Below, in pieces: positions 42,942-56,389 of a DNA stretch of 64,000 bases. The DNA comes from Magallana gigas (Eukaryota): positions 18,848,001 through 18,912,000 of the forward strand of contig NC_088860.1 of assembly GCF_963853765.1 (NCBI RefSeq), read 5' to 3'. Below the pieces are notes generated by a model. It had not been told where the DNA came from. It did no database searches and saw only the letters and a program-made list of their open reading frames with translations. Positions within the stretch are counted from its first letter, which is position 1. Every line of letters begins with the position of its first letter. The translations under genes and the position numbers were made by a program.

Positions 42942-45900
42942 AGCCGGAATACTGACACTTCCTTTATTTTATGCTAATTTATTATCAACCAATAACAGAC
43001 TCCCTGGTCCTATGAAAAAAGATCGGAAAATACGAGGGAGGAGAAGTCGCAACAAAAATGAAGATTTTTTTTTTTAGTTGTTATGAATATTTTTCACAAA
43101 CTTTTTAATAAGGTTTATTAATGTAAAAAGAAGATTTTAAGGTAGTTTTTAATGTTTTAAAACCAAAGTTGAATCTGTGAAGTAATTGAGAGCTAGGAAA
43201 ATCTACAAAATTAATTTTTTACTGTATTTGTGGAAATTCTAGTTTATACTGTATATGTAGAATCGGTGTTGTGAAACGAAGTAGTTTGGATAATTTAGGC
43301 CGTCCATGTTGAGCTTGTTTGGGTATTTATAGACAAACTTGTTTCGAATTTTTTTTTAAAATTATGTATATCAATGAACAATATAATTCTTAAATAGCGT
43401 CATTTTGCAGAAATATATAATTCCTGAATTTTGCGCAAATTGTATACAACTGATGCTTTGTACATGTGACTGTATATGAAAAAGTTACTAACAATATGTC
43501 TCGGCTCGGGTAACATTTTACAATTAGTTATCATATGATAGTGATACCAATTAAGGGTTTAAGAGTGCGGCGGGACGCACGTGCGCCTGCTTAAGATAGG
43601 AGTAAAGATGATGAGCACACGTGACGTCCGGTAGAGATCGAGGAACTTTGAAATTGGCCATTCACCGACTCCATTCAGTAAATTCTATTTCAAGATGTAA
43701 AAAGAAAGTATAGAGTAATTTATAATCATCCGATTTATCAAAGATTTATGTGTTTTTGAAAACATGTTATTTTGTTCTTAATATGGCTGATTCCATTCCT
43801 TGATTTATTATATCTGTCCTTGAACATTATTGTTTGTATTTTACGATTAAACTGCTTTTGGTACCAGATACATGTTTTGTGAAAAAAAAATATTTGATGA
43901 AAAAAAATTCATTAGAGAATATACCACGTTGTAGAATTTGAAATAGACCTCAAGAAGTACATCTTGATCTTTACCCTTGATTTTATTTGTTAAATTTTAA
44001 TACTTGAACATCAATTTAATATATGCATTTGGGAACATGATGAACATTGTTTGAATCAATTCATAAAATTTAAAAAACACTTTTTTTTTCTATAGTCCAG
44101 CACAAAAAGGATCAAACAGATTTTTCAAAACGGAAAACGACAGAACAAAGCAGCCATTAGGAAGAAAATATCAGTAATTACGGAAAAGTTTTTTTTTGTT
44201 ATCTACAAATCGTAAAAAGCACCGGGACACGCGCACGCTCGCGGCTACCGGGAATCTGTCAGGGTAATGTGTCGTCTGCTCACACTGACCATGGCTGGAG
44301 GAAAGGTGAGACACCTCGTGCGCTGGAAACCATCGGAAACCGGGGTCAGAGGAAAATCAGAAAAGACTGGACCCTGGGAGGGAGCGCACGGGTGTCAGGC
44401 TGTCATTACTGGCCCCAAAGCGTGTGATTACTGGTGTCCGTTCCGGTTTTTGGACCGAAAAAATAAAGAAAAAGGAAGAACCTAAAGAGGTATGTTTTAC
44501 GATATGTTTTGTGCGATTCTCTGATGCATTGTGCTCGAGAAGCTTATCAGTAGTGCCACGATCATAGAAATTGCTAGAAGTGTTGTGAAGGATCAGGGTC
44601 AAACGCTTATTTTGTTCAATCTAGTTTCCAAGAGTTCTCCAGTGTTCAACCATTTTATTTTTAGATGCAATAAGGTACTCGAATATGAATGCGGGTATTC
44701 GTTTTGTTTTGAAGAGTTTCGAATTTGTTTCCCAGCGGAAGTTGATGCAGTTGTCGTCTGCTTCCATCTGAAAGGAGAGGGAAGTTTTCGGATATTTTGA
44801 TACTGTTGAGAATTGCTCGTCCTTGCTGACATGCGCCGCTATCGTCACGTGATAATAAACCCGACGGAAGGTCAAATTATCTGACTGTTTTTCTTCGACA
44901 AATTAAACAAATGATGTAATTATTTGGCACTCGAAACATTCACCTCTGCTAATCAAAATTTTGAAAATGGCGAAATTTGATGGAACACCTACGGAGAGGG
45001 AGAATAATGTCGAAGAAACAAGAACAACATTAAGGATATGTTTGTACCGCCCCGTACCAGGAAAGTGCGCGTGCCTGGGTCAGTCAAAATCACAGAATAA
45101 CAGCGCGTCCAGACATTGCACACCTTCCGCGATACGATTTTATTCGGTCGTTAGAAAGGTTTTATGGAGAAGATAATTATTCCGAGAGCGGTGTCATACA
45201 AAACTCTCAATAAAGTCCTCGCTTTTGTTGCGGGGAGCGTGCGGAGATGAAATGTATACTCCGTAACCGCCCATTTTGTTAACTTAATTTGGAGTCTGTT
45301 GGAGGCAACAGAAGCCGCATCAATTGCTATACACTTTATTTTGAGACGAAATCAAACTTCTCTTTTACATAATTGTTTAACTTTTGATAGAAAATATTTT
45401 ACATTGATCACAAGCACACATAAAATAAATGACTGCCATGTCATATAAGTAAATCACTCAGTGATATAACTAAACAATTACAACACAATTATTCATAATA
45501 TGTAAGAAAATAGAAATCATTACATTGAATTTCTATATAAATTAAAACTAACTTTACCTTAATATTTAAGTGAAACAATATAAAAAAAGAGAAAATTATA
45601 AAAATACAATTATCCGGTCAAAAAAAACCCGGATTGTTTTTCTTGATTAGTGTTAAGTCGGTGAAATATGGTGGGAAATCGGATATAATGTTGCCTATAT
45701 TTAATACGCATATTGCACTGAATTCATGATTGTAAACTGTAGTTTATCTTAATATAAGACGAAATAGGACGTTTGCTGATCAAAATTGTATACCCTATTG
45801 AGCTATCGAAAACTCTACCGGATATCTGTATTTCGCTGTAATAAAATTCTATAAAGTTGTCACTCAAAACACCACTGTCAACAGTACCAAATTCAAGGCG

Positions 45901-48900
45901 GTATTCCATAAAAATAGCGAGGGCAAATTTGATAAAAAATTTTATATAATAGACTGTAAATCCAAAAGAACGATTTGACAATTTTTCAGGGTATGTTTTT
46001 CCGTGAGATTTTTAAGTGGTTAACCCGTGACCCACCTTTAGTCGAATTTCGTACAAAATCGTCTTCGAAGATTGCCTTCACGACAGACAAAACAATACCG
46101 AAAGTCGCTTGCCATTGAATGATATACCGGTAACGATACAAAATGCTGTACTTTTCTATATAGCTCGTTTCTTACAAACAATTTTACTGATATCTCCTTG
46201 GAAATCTGGAGGACGAGGAGATTTCTTGGTTAACAGGGCTTCCCTAGATGTCGCGGCACGGAGATTTTCGCAGACTTTCAGGGGTTTCAGATGATGAGAT
46301 GGCACTCTAAGACTTCATGTCTGTGACCAATTACAAATGGATCACAGCAAAAGTTTCTTGCACGGGCTTCTCGTGACATGTCGAGCATCGGATCACGTGA
46401 TTCAATGGGATGTTGCAAGATTTCATCACTGCCATCAGATAGCAATCGGTTTTATATGTATTTGTTTGTCTATTGTATGGTTTTGTCTCACTTTGTTTTA
46501 AAGGATGATGGACAATGTTAGATCCAATAAAAAAAAAAAGAAATGATTAAAATATGTATATTTATGTGCGCAGATTTTGAAAGATTTTTATTAATATTTT
46601 CATTAATTAATTTCATTTTTTAAATATTTTTCCTACTCTAGATCCGTCAACAATTTGTGCGCATTTCTTAAATACCTAAATATTTAGTACATTTAGAGAC
46701 AGCGTTTACTTTTGCACCTCGATTGGATGTAAAAGATTTTCAGTGAATGTGATCAAAACTCTATGATGCGTGAACATGAAAACACGGAGTGCACGCCAGA
46801 CTTCACAGTACATGACTGTGCAGTACTGTTGTAGTACGTTGTAACTTTTATTTAATATACTATAGGTTATTAGAAAGGAGTGTACCTATTCATTCTTTCC
46901 ATGTAATTTATAAAGGACATAGATTTGTTAAAATTGGAGTGGGAGATTGAACCAACGTGGCATAATGTCTTATCTGTTTATTTCTGAAAAAAAAAATGCT
47001 TGGGTGAAGGAACTGTTTCATTCAAAATCGTCGTTAACGTGCGATCTTAATCCCCCCCCCCCCAAAAAAAAAGAAGAAATAGTTTCGGAGGAGCGGGGTA
47101 TGGGCAGGTAGGCTATTATACCATTTATGATTAACCAATAAATTCAAAATCGACGTGAGCGTACTCTCCACTTTCCCGTATTGACAGGCCTTTGATGTCG
47201 TCATCAGCTTCACTATCAAACACTTCATTCTCTGATACTCGTCCTCCCGTAGCGTCCTTATAAGGTGAAGTGGAGCCAAACACAAGTCGAGCACAGTGCA
47301 AGAAGCATGTAAAGAGTGGTGATCGAACGATTCTTTAATATTACAACCTTGATAATGATTATTGGGCTGAAAATCTTATTTTTATTTTTCATCTCTTTTT
47401 TGTTTTAAGTCAAATCTGTTTTGTATCAACATTGATATTTTCCAATGACCAGTAGTTTTGGTGTTAAATATTGTTTATCTCTGGAAGTTGTCAGTTAAAA
47501 ATTATTCCTTTGATTTCTATGAATTAGAATAGGAAGCAAAGACGTTTTTAATGAACACGAAGTTATATATCCTAGTATTGTATAATATCAGTAGCTGATC
47601 TCTGCAGAATAAAGTATTTATTCCGGTTGAAGAAAAATGGGAAAGGACAACACTTCTTAAAATTTACATTCCACATATTTTTGCATGTAAAGTGTGTGGA
47701 AAGCTACAGTACAATTACAGTACTATTATTAATGCATGTCTTATCATTAGGAAGCCTCTACAAGGTATACAAACATGAGGATAGTCCAGTTCCACATGCA
47801 ACTTACATCTCCCAGGACTTTTTGAGCTATGTGTATATCTCTGCACCTCTCTCTTTGCAGATATCCGCCCCGCCCGACACGTACTAGTATAGCCTATGGG
47901 GTACACGTGGATGATGAACATTGTGATGGGCTCAAATATATTCTCGATATCTCAAATCGTGCAAAGTGCTCGGAATTTTCATGCGACAAAGTGTTACACG
48001 ATTACACGTAAGTGTATACGTCGCCGTTGCCACATACCACTCCCTTCTCTTCAGATTGACGCATTTGTGGGATGTTTTTTGCGTTATTGCGTCACTTAGT
48101 TTGAAGGCTGGATGGTCGGAGACATTTTTCAAAATTATTTTAATCTTTTTATAATCTCTTTAACGAGGAATCCTGCACAACGATATGGCAGATTATTCAA
48201 ATCAAAGATGTAAATTTTAGGATCCTATGGTCAATGTGAACTAATATTTCTATATACTGTTTTGTAACTTGCTATTCATTTGCTTGTAAATTTTGATTGT
48301 AGGGTAGAGCAAAACAGTTTTTACATTTTAAAGTAATACTACATACACCAAATGAAAAAGGCTGTTTAAAAAAAATATTATTAAAGTATTGGTACATCAA
48401 GGCAAAAGGTAACACAGTACATTATTGTTTACAGCGGAGAAAATTGATACATGTAGTGACTAGTCACAGCACATCTCAACACTTGACCATTGAGCTACTG
48501 TCAGAGTGTAAATCACACATCAATGCAAATAACCCATGTTTACACTTCAAAGCAAATGCCAGTCAAGTGGGTGGTTCCCCATGTTCATAATAAAAAACAG
48601 AGTAGGATGATTTTCAATTTTAGTTCATAAAGAAAATCAAAATTTCATTAGTATTGTGACTAATATAAATTATTTCAAATATACTGGTACATATATTCTT
48701 CTGTATTAAAAAAGATAAAATTCAAAAGTGAAATTGGTATTTATTTGAGATTTCACAATGAATATCAAAAGCAAGTATATCTTGCTGATAAATCTCCAAC
48801 AACTTCAGATCTATATCAAAACAGTGTAGCACTTAAAATGATTAAACAACTTGAATTCAGAAAGTGAGATTTTTGCTATATACCTCTTCTTTTTTTAGGT

Positions 48901-49265
48901 ACAAATATGTAAAGTCACTTCACTAAAAAGAAGTAACAACAACGTAAAGAGGCAGACAATCTATCACAAAAATAAAGCAATAAGATCTATCAAAATAAAA
49001 ATACCATTATGGAATTCAAAAGCAATTAGAATCGTGTTACATTTCTTAAAAAAAATATCATCAAGCAATGAAAGTGCAGCAACAAAAATTTTTTGAAAAT
49101 AAGATGCATGTATATGTAGTTAGAAAGGATTATTAAAAATTGCTTCCAATGCAATTTGGATTTTTTTTTCTCTTCTGTTGCACCAATAATCCAATGCATC
49201 CTATTCTAACTGACATAAATTGAATTATGCACAATATGAAATTTACACTTAAAGTGTCTTTTTAT

Positions 49266-52200
49266 TCAAAGCTTCTCTATTGTGTTCTTGATGATGCTGA
49301 TGCATTCGTTTAACTGTGGTTCTGAGATGACAAGGGGCGGAGCAAATCTGATGATGTCACCGTGTGTAGGCTTGGCCAGCAGTCCATTGTCTCTCAGCTT
49401 CAGACACACCTCCCAAGCATCATATTCTACAAATCAAGACAGACATTTTTAATTCACAAATACATGTACCGATATCCAACTTCAATACAAGCAACTGTAC
49501 ATGTATCTTGCAACACATATACAAAGAAGCATTTATCTAGAGAAAAAAGTTTTATTCTTTAGCCATTTTGAACTGCTCTTATGCAAACACTCCAAGGATA
49601 GGGATCATTGAAAAACAAAATTCTGTCATCAAAATCTCAATTTGTTACAAAATCCATATTGTAATTAAAAATGTTCTTTATTTTCGCATATCGATTACCT
49701 CGATAGCTCTTATACACTTATATTTAATGGATGTATGCTGATCAATATGATATATACATGTATGCATTTCCACTTTAAAATCATTATATTGTATTTTAAA
49801 TTAATCCACAGATATAAAGGAGTACTTACTATCATTGATGACGATGGCGTTCAATAATCCTTTTCCTCTGACAAGTTTGACTTTTTCTTTTGGAAGTTTT
49901 GATAACTCGCTCCTCAGAACTTGCCCTAACCTTTCAGCATTGTCTGCCAATTTCTCCTCCAAAAGCACCTACACAGAAAAAAAAAGAAACCAGTAATTAA
50001 GCTTGGTTTTAACATTCATTTTTCTATTTATAACAACAAGTATTCTATGAGATGACCAGTAAATATATCAGCATGGAACTCTTTTATACATGTATCTATT
50101 GATTTAGTTTGAGCACATGAAAAAAAGACACACATGTGTAATAACATTTAACATTATGTATGTTAATACCTTGTTAAAACATGACAAATGTCTACAGCTG
50201 CATATTGACAATAAAATACATGTACCTAGCAAGTTTCCAATCAGTTACTGAGAAAAAAAGCATGGGAACAAGTATGGTATACAAACAAGACAGACTGATA
50301 GAATCAGCAGGAGACAACCCTGTAGCACTCTCAGGTTTTATCAGAAGAGGACTGAAAATAAAAGTCTAGAAGTGTTTGAAGTGAATACCTCCAGTGCTGC
50401 GATGGCCACCTTGCATCCCAAGGGGTTACCTCCGTAAGTAGATCCGTGCTCACCTGGTTTAATGGTCAGCATTACCTCGTCATTGGCCAGGATTGCAGAC
50501 ACCTGAACACAAGGTTTAAATTTATCAAAACAATGCCTTATATTTGTTTGAAGTACATATACCGGGTATGTGCATTATAGAATTAGAACCATTTTAACAG
50601 GAGCTTGGACTTTTGGTACTGTAAATTCCTTAATTTACGCAAGTACTTAATTTTGCGATTCTGCTGTTTTGTATCAAATCACTAGAATATAATATCGCGA
50701 TCACCAATTTTTTGTAATAATTTCCTATAGATCAAAGCTGTCTGAAAGATAACAGCGAGACTTTAAAATCAGCTAGTGTTGGTTCTCGCGATTTTACGTG
50801 GAAATCAATTCCTCATGTTTAATTAGGAATCTACAGTCCAACAGCAATGAAATGTAGGCCTGTCTATTTCATTGCTGGCCACTCAGCCATGGATCTTCGA
50901 AATCAACAAGATTTGGCTGGCTTTAGAGCTAAGACCACACAATCCGTGTACATTTCACTTGAAACCAGCGTCATTTTACACTTGTTTTGACACAAGAAAA
51001 AGATAGTTACATCCTATTGAAAGTCTAAGGTCTTGTTAAAATGTTCTATTTGAACAAAACAATGGTCTTTGAGTAGTTGATGTCACAAAAGAATTTGATG
51101 TGTAGTTATAAATATGTCAATTCTATTGTCTGCCAATCAGTCATTGCTTTGTGTCAAATTTTTGCGTCAAATTAAGATGGTTAATGAACAATTAGTTACT
51201 GTATATTCCTTATTTTACGAGTACTTAATTCGCTAGTCTATTGTTTTGCATCAATTCGCGAGAATACAAAATCTCAAACACCTATTTCTCATTGTGTTTC
51301 CTAACAGTTGACATCTGTCCGAAAAATCAAAGCGAGATTTTAAAATCTGTGAGATTTTACGCGGATATTAATTCTTTGCGTTTAATTAGGAATTTACAGC
51401 ATTTATAGTTATAACAAAGTTTTTTTTAAATACTCACAGGGTAGATACCTCCTGACAGGGCTTTCCCCAGAATAAGGATGTCTGGTTTCACATCCTCGTG
51501 GTCTACAGCCAACATTCTACCATAGAAAGATTAATACATGAATTATTGATAACAACTAGTAGGCATGAATAAATCTTAACTCAGTACCAGTTGGTTTGTT
51601 AGTTATTGGACAATGGCATTTCTTTCAGGTTTTCAGGTCAGACAATGTTAAACACAATAAAACTGTCTTTTTCTGTATCTTAAATGATGTTGGGCTTAAA
51701 TAATTGAGAGACATTATGATTCATTATCAGAAAAAAATTGCTAGCCCTCTTAAATTTTTACTGTTAATTTGGTTAAATATTTTTAGTTTTCATGAACAAA
51801 TTCTGCATTTGTCCTCAAAACAAGGCTAGGACTTGCCTTCCAGTTCTACACAGTCCCGTCTGGACCTCATCAGCTATCCACAGTACATTGTACTTGGTAC
51901 ACAGTTCCCGTACTTTGCACAGGTAACCTTCCTGGGGGACCACAACACCTGCCTCTCCCTGAATGGGCTCCACCATGAATGCGGCGCAGTTAGGATCCTG
52001 CAACTCTTTCTACAGGCACAAAGAAAGACAACTCCAGTTAATACATAAGTAAAATGATCACTGCTGAATTAATGTTTATTTTAGTCCTGCACCATAACAA
52101 TTGTTTTCCATATACAGTTGTTTATGTTAATACCTGATTTTTCTTGTCAACAATAGTTTTTGAGTACTTCCTTTTTTCACAATCAGATTTTTTCTGACAC

Positions 52201-53627
52201 AGTTTTCTTCCTGGTATATTTGACCTCAAAATCACTCACCTCCAAAGCTGCTAGATCATTGTATGGAACAAGAGAGTAGCCAGGCATGTAAGGGCCAAAG
52301 CCTTCATAGCTGGAAGGATCGGTGGAGCTAGAGATAGCAGCTAGGGTTCTACCCCAGAAGTTTCCTTCTGCAAACACAATCTTGGCTTTGTTTTTTGGGA
52401 CTTTTTTGACATTGTAAGCCCATTTTCTGGCAAGTTTGTTGGCAGTTTCTCCACCTTCCACACCTGAAAACCAAACACAGTGTGATTATTGAGCTCTTAT
52501 TACATGTATAATGAAATTATATATTTTTGACAGCAAACATCATCAAACTCAAAACAAGCCCACCTTAAATACCTGGTGCATGCATGTTTACAGAGGGACA
52601 AATAAAGACTGTAATATATTAGATAATCAAATCAAATAATTAACATGAATATAGATCTTAGGTTGTAAGTCATTTTCTGCTGACTTCAGCAGTATTTACT
52701 GTGGTACAAAGAACACATGTTTGCTCTTTTCAAATATTTAACACACATAATTGTACACATGTATATGTATAAAGAGGTAAAGATCTACAGATTTTAAAGG
52801 TACCAAGTACATGTACATGTCTCATTTTTCAATTTTGTCTTCAAATTTTTATTTTTCATTTTTATAACCTATTGGGCTACTACCCCACTGAACTGGGAAA
52901 TATTTTTGAAGTGAATCTCTTTACCTTTAAAATGTGACCCTTTATCATTACATGCTGGAAGTTTACCTGTGTTCATGGGGAGGACCTTATCAAATCCAAA
53001 AAGTTTAGTGACATATTCCTCGTACTCTCCCAGAACATTGTTGTAGAATGCTCTTGAGGTCAAGGCCAGCGTAGAGGCCTGATCAGTCAGGGCTTTGATG
53101 ATCTTGGGGTGGGAATGACCCTGGTTCACTGCACTGTAAGCACTGAGGAAATCGTAGTAGCGGTTGCCATCTACATCCCACATAAACACGCCTGCAATGT
53201 CACAGAAAAATTTCATTGAAAACTGAAGGCTGTTGGAAAGTTTAAAAAGAGAAAATTGCTGATACATCAAAATGTAACACTTACACTAAAGTAATCATAT
53301 CAATAATGCAAAATACTGCAGAAGACTTCACTTCAACAAACAGATTGTGATGATCTGCGTGAGCAGCTTTAACACTTTTTTTTAAGTGTTTTAAATATGG
53401 CATAGATTTGTCAATATGTGTGTGTTGGGAGGGGGGACTCAAGGGGGGAATATGCTACCTTCTCCCTTGCAGATGGCCACAGGTAGAGGGTGGTAGTTGT
53501 GGGCGCCGTACTTGGACTCCCGGTCAAACACGGCCTGGGACTTGGCGGTGATGTTGGCCACACTCCTGGCATGCTGCTGTAGACCGGTCAGCTTCTGACA
53601 CACCTGTCTCTGTACTTTACTGAACAT
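49266..53627 (-). CDS. OAT: Ornithine aminotransferase, mitochondrial, 427 aa, 8 coding exons
   Basis: Exons: 53627-53459, 53191-52967, 52463-52240, 52009-51837, 51516-51438, 50502-50389, 49968-49830, 49426-49266 (1284 nt). [41 protein letters not shown] lysine in [18 protein letters not shown]. Confidence 0.97.
50619..50836. mobile_element. TA-flanked MITE (family C) in an OAT intron
   Basis: TA|CTGTAAATTCCT...AGGAATCTACAG inverted ends. Confidence 0.78.
51199..51399. mobile_element. TA-flanked MITE (family C) in an OAT intron
   Basis: TA|CTGTATATTCCT...AGGAATTTACAG. Confidence 0.78.
51517..51836 (-). other. OAT: Non-canonical GC-AG intron in OAT
   Basis: Donor AG|GCAAGT. Only this junction keeps the conserved [16 protein letters not shown] reading. 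Confidence 0.85.
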
Positions 53628-54926
53628 ATTTGATCTGAAATGTTTAAAAAAGTATTAGTATTAAAATGTTCAAGTATTATTAAATCAGTTCAAGAACCTT
53701 GATGGAATGATGTCATCTCTTTAACAAGTGAAGCTCCATGATCCTTCAGTTGACTTTATTGTTCCATCATCCTTTAGTTAACTTGTCTATTAACATCACC
53801 AGACTGGCCAGACATTTCAGTACATTATACAATTTTGTGAAGACTCCATAGTGATATACCATGATAAACATGATAAATCATCAAAATCTATGACTTTTGG
53901 CTATAAAGATCATCCCCTAGTATCTATATTTTTTCTTCAAGTAAGTTGATTACCAGTTCATAGTTAATGTTTGCACATAAATCTGAGTAAGAAAAGCTGT
54001 TTCCAACAACAGAATATATAGAATGGTCAATGGATAAACCTAAGGTTAATGAATCTACCCGTGCATGTGTTATTTAACATTCCTATGCTTGGATGTTTTC
54101 TTATCAAATACCAAATACAAATAACTACAAACTGACTATGGGCAAAATCTCAAATATAGTACAAGTAACTTAATAGTTCATTTCAGCACTGTCTCAGAAA
54201 TTTTTTTTGTACAGTTGGAATTATACTTGTAGGTTCCATGCCAGAGTAATAGCAGGTTTATTCATTACTCAAATCAGTGATGGAGCTCCTTATTATAACT
54301 AGAAACCCGGTGATTCCTGCTTCAATTTCTGGTCCGGCCTTGAAGTATATTTCCTCATTCCTTTTTTTCCAACAACTATACATTTGGTGGTACTATGGCC
54401 AACCCCTGGAACTGACTGTTAATTCCTGTCCAGCAAAGCCCCCCCGACTAGAGATACAGTGTGCCTGAGTTCGAATCCCTGAACATTTGTACATCACTAC
54501 TGTACAAATGTACATGTACATTGATCTGAGACACAGAGGAATATGTTATACCTGAAAGAGCATTATCACTTATCAAAGTCGAATATAGATGCTAAACATT
54601 ACTTCAGTAAGGTGGTTCAAAAAAAGATCAATAGAACCATAAACCTGTTGTAAGAATGGGCACATGGAGGTGTGATAAGATCTTAAGACATTTAAATTCT
54701 TATATTTGTTCCTTTAAAACTTATGACATTACAAGGAGTTAATGCATCACAACACTCAAATTCATTTTTGAGTCACATGTCTACTCTACTTATGCAAAAT
54801 CATACAAAGACCTGTAGTAAAATTAACATAAAAAAATTCCAACATCAAAAAATTTCCACGATTTCGCCTTGACCCTAAATAACAGTACTTTGACATCCCG
54901 GTTGTATTCCAGATCTTGGTTCTTAC

Positions 54927-55400
54927 CTCGCTCAAGTTTTTCTCTCGCTGTTGACGAAAAGAATTAAGGTTAAATTTCTATCCGTTTTAATAGTTACACG
55001 CCGAGTGAATCTATGTTGCACTACAAGGCACTTTTATAATTTATACCGGCGAGGGGAAATCATCCACACTAAACTCGATCCGGCTGGATCGAAGCCGTGC
55101 AGAACCGATTGAAAACACTGAACATTATAAACAAAGGCTTAAGCATACACAACAAACAAGAAAAAGAAGAGAAAATGTTCTATAACATGTATATTTGGTT
55201 AACTGCACCAGTCTTTCGTTTAATTTAGAAAATAATATAGCCGACCAAGTAGATCAACATCAACACAGATTCTGGACAATGACACGAAAAGAAAATCATG
55301 AGAAACCTCTAGGCCTAATGCTACAATTTAGCAGAAAAAATTAAAATCTCAGATTTAATAAATAAAGTCCTCTTACCTCGTTTTTGCAGCACTGTAACAA
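54927..55400 (-). other. OAT: OAT 5'-UTR exons: first exon ending at 55377 and a 21-nt micro-exon at 54947-54927
   Basis: Donor CGAG|GTAAG at 55377. TTCTTTTCGTCAACAG|CGAGAGAAAAACTTGAGCGAG|GTAAGA. Next acceptor at 53635/53634. The upper boundary (TSS) is approximate. Confidence 0.6.
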
Positions 55401-55675
55401 AGAATAAAATAAACAACGTGGGGTCAACAACCGAACAGATCAATCGCCGAAACCTGGTGTGACAGCAAAACACGTTACACGATTAAAGAGTGCGCCGTCG
55501 CATTTACGGTTGTATGGCACATTGCCGAGCAGAAATTGCGCTGCAATTGTAGAATATGCCTCTGCGTTAAAAAGGAATTATTTATCATTAAACTAATATC
55601 GAGGGTAGCTTATATATTATAATTAAATCATCACACATATGGGTAGAGCTCATGTCGTCGGTGTTAGGCCAGCTA

Positions 55676-55678
<3 letters not shown>

Positions 55679-55766
<88 letters not shown>
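55679..55766. repeat. (TA)n microsatellite
   Basis: Direct. Confidence 0.95.
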
Positions 55767-55772
<6 letters not shown>

Positions 55773-55901
55773 ACTCATAGGTTGCTGGTTCGAACCCCAC
55801 GTGGTTAATAGATGTTGTGAGTTGTGTCCTTAGACAATGTTAGACACTGTATGAGAGATGGCAGTTACTGTAATTCTTTTATTACAACACATACATGTAC
55901 T

Positions 55902-55904
<3 letters not shown>

Positions 55905-55947
<43 letters not shown>
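55905..55947. repeat. (TC)n microsatellite
   Basis: Direct. Confidence 0.95.
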
Positions 55948-55950
<3 letters not shown>

Positions 55951-56389
55951 GCCTTCAAGTATTTGTTAGCTTTCTTATCTCCTCCCAGGAGCCACACTTG
56001 GAATATAAATTAGTTCGGAAATATGAATATGAAACATCCCGGTTTGTAATTGTAAAAAGCACACTCTCCCCCTTTTGACCGACGGTCCTTTGGTTCGTAA
56101 ATTTAAAAGAAAAAACCCATGAAACAAAGAAACAAACAAATGACAACTCCCGTCTCGATCTATTTTCCCTCATTTATCAATTATCTTCTATAAAAGAGTT
56201 GCACTCTCATTTAACTTTAACAATTATCACCGTGGAAACCGAGTTCTGCAAATCTGCAAACTTAATAAAAAGCTTACACTGAAGGATGCTTTGTGCCAAA
56301 ATACACATATATGTATTGAGAGATCAAAATCGTCAATTCGTAAATCAGTCTATTCTCATCTGAGTAAAAATGTTTATACATTGAGCAGC

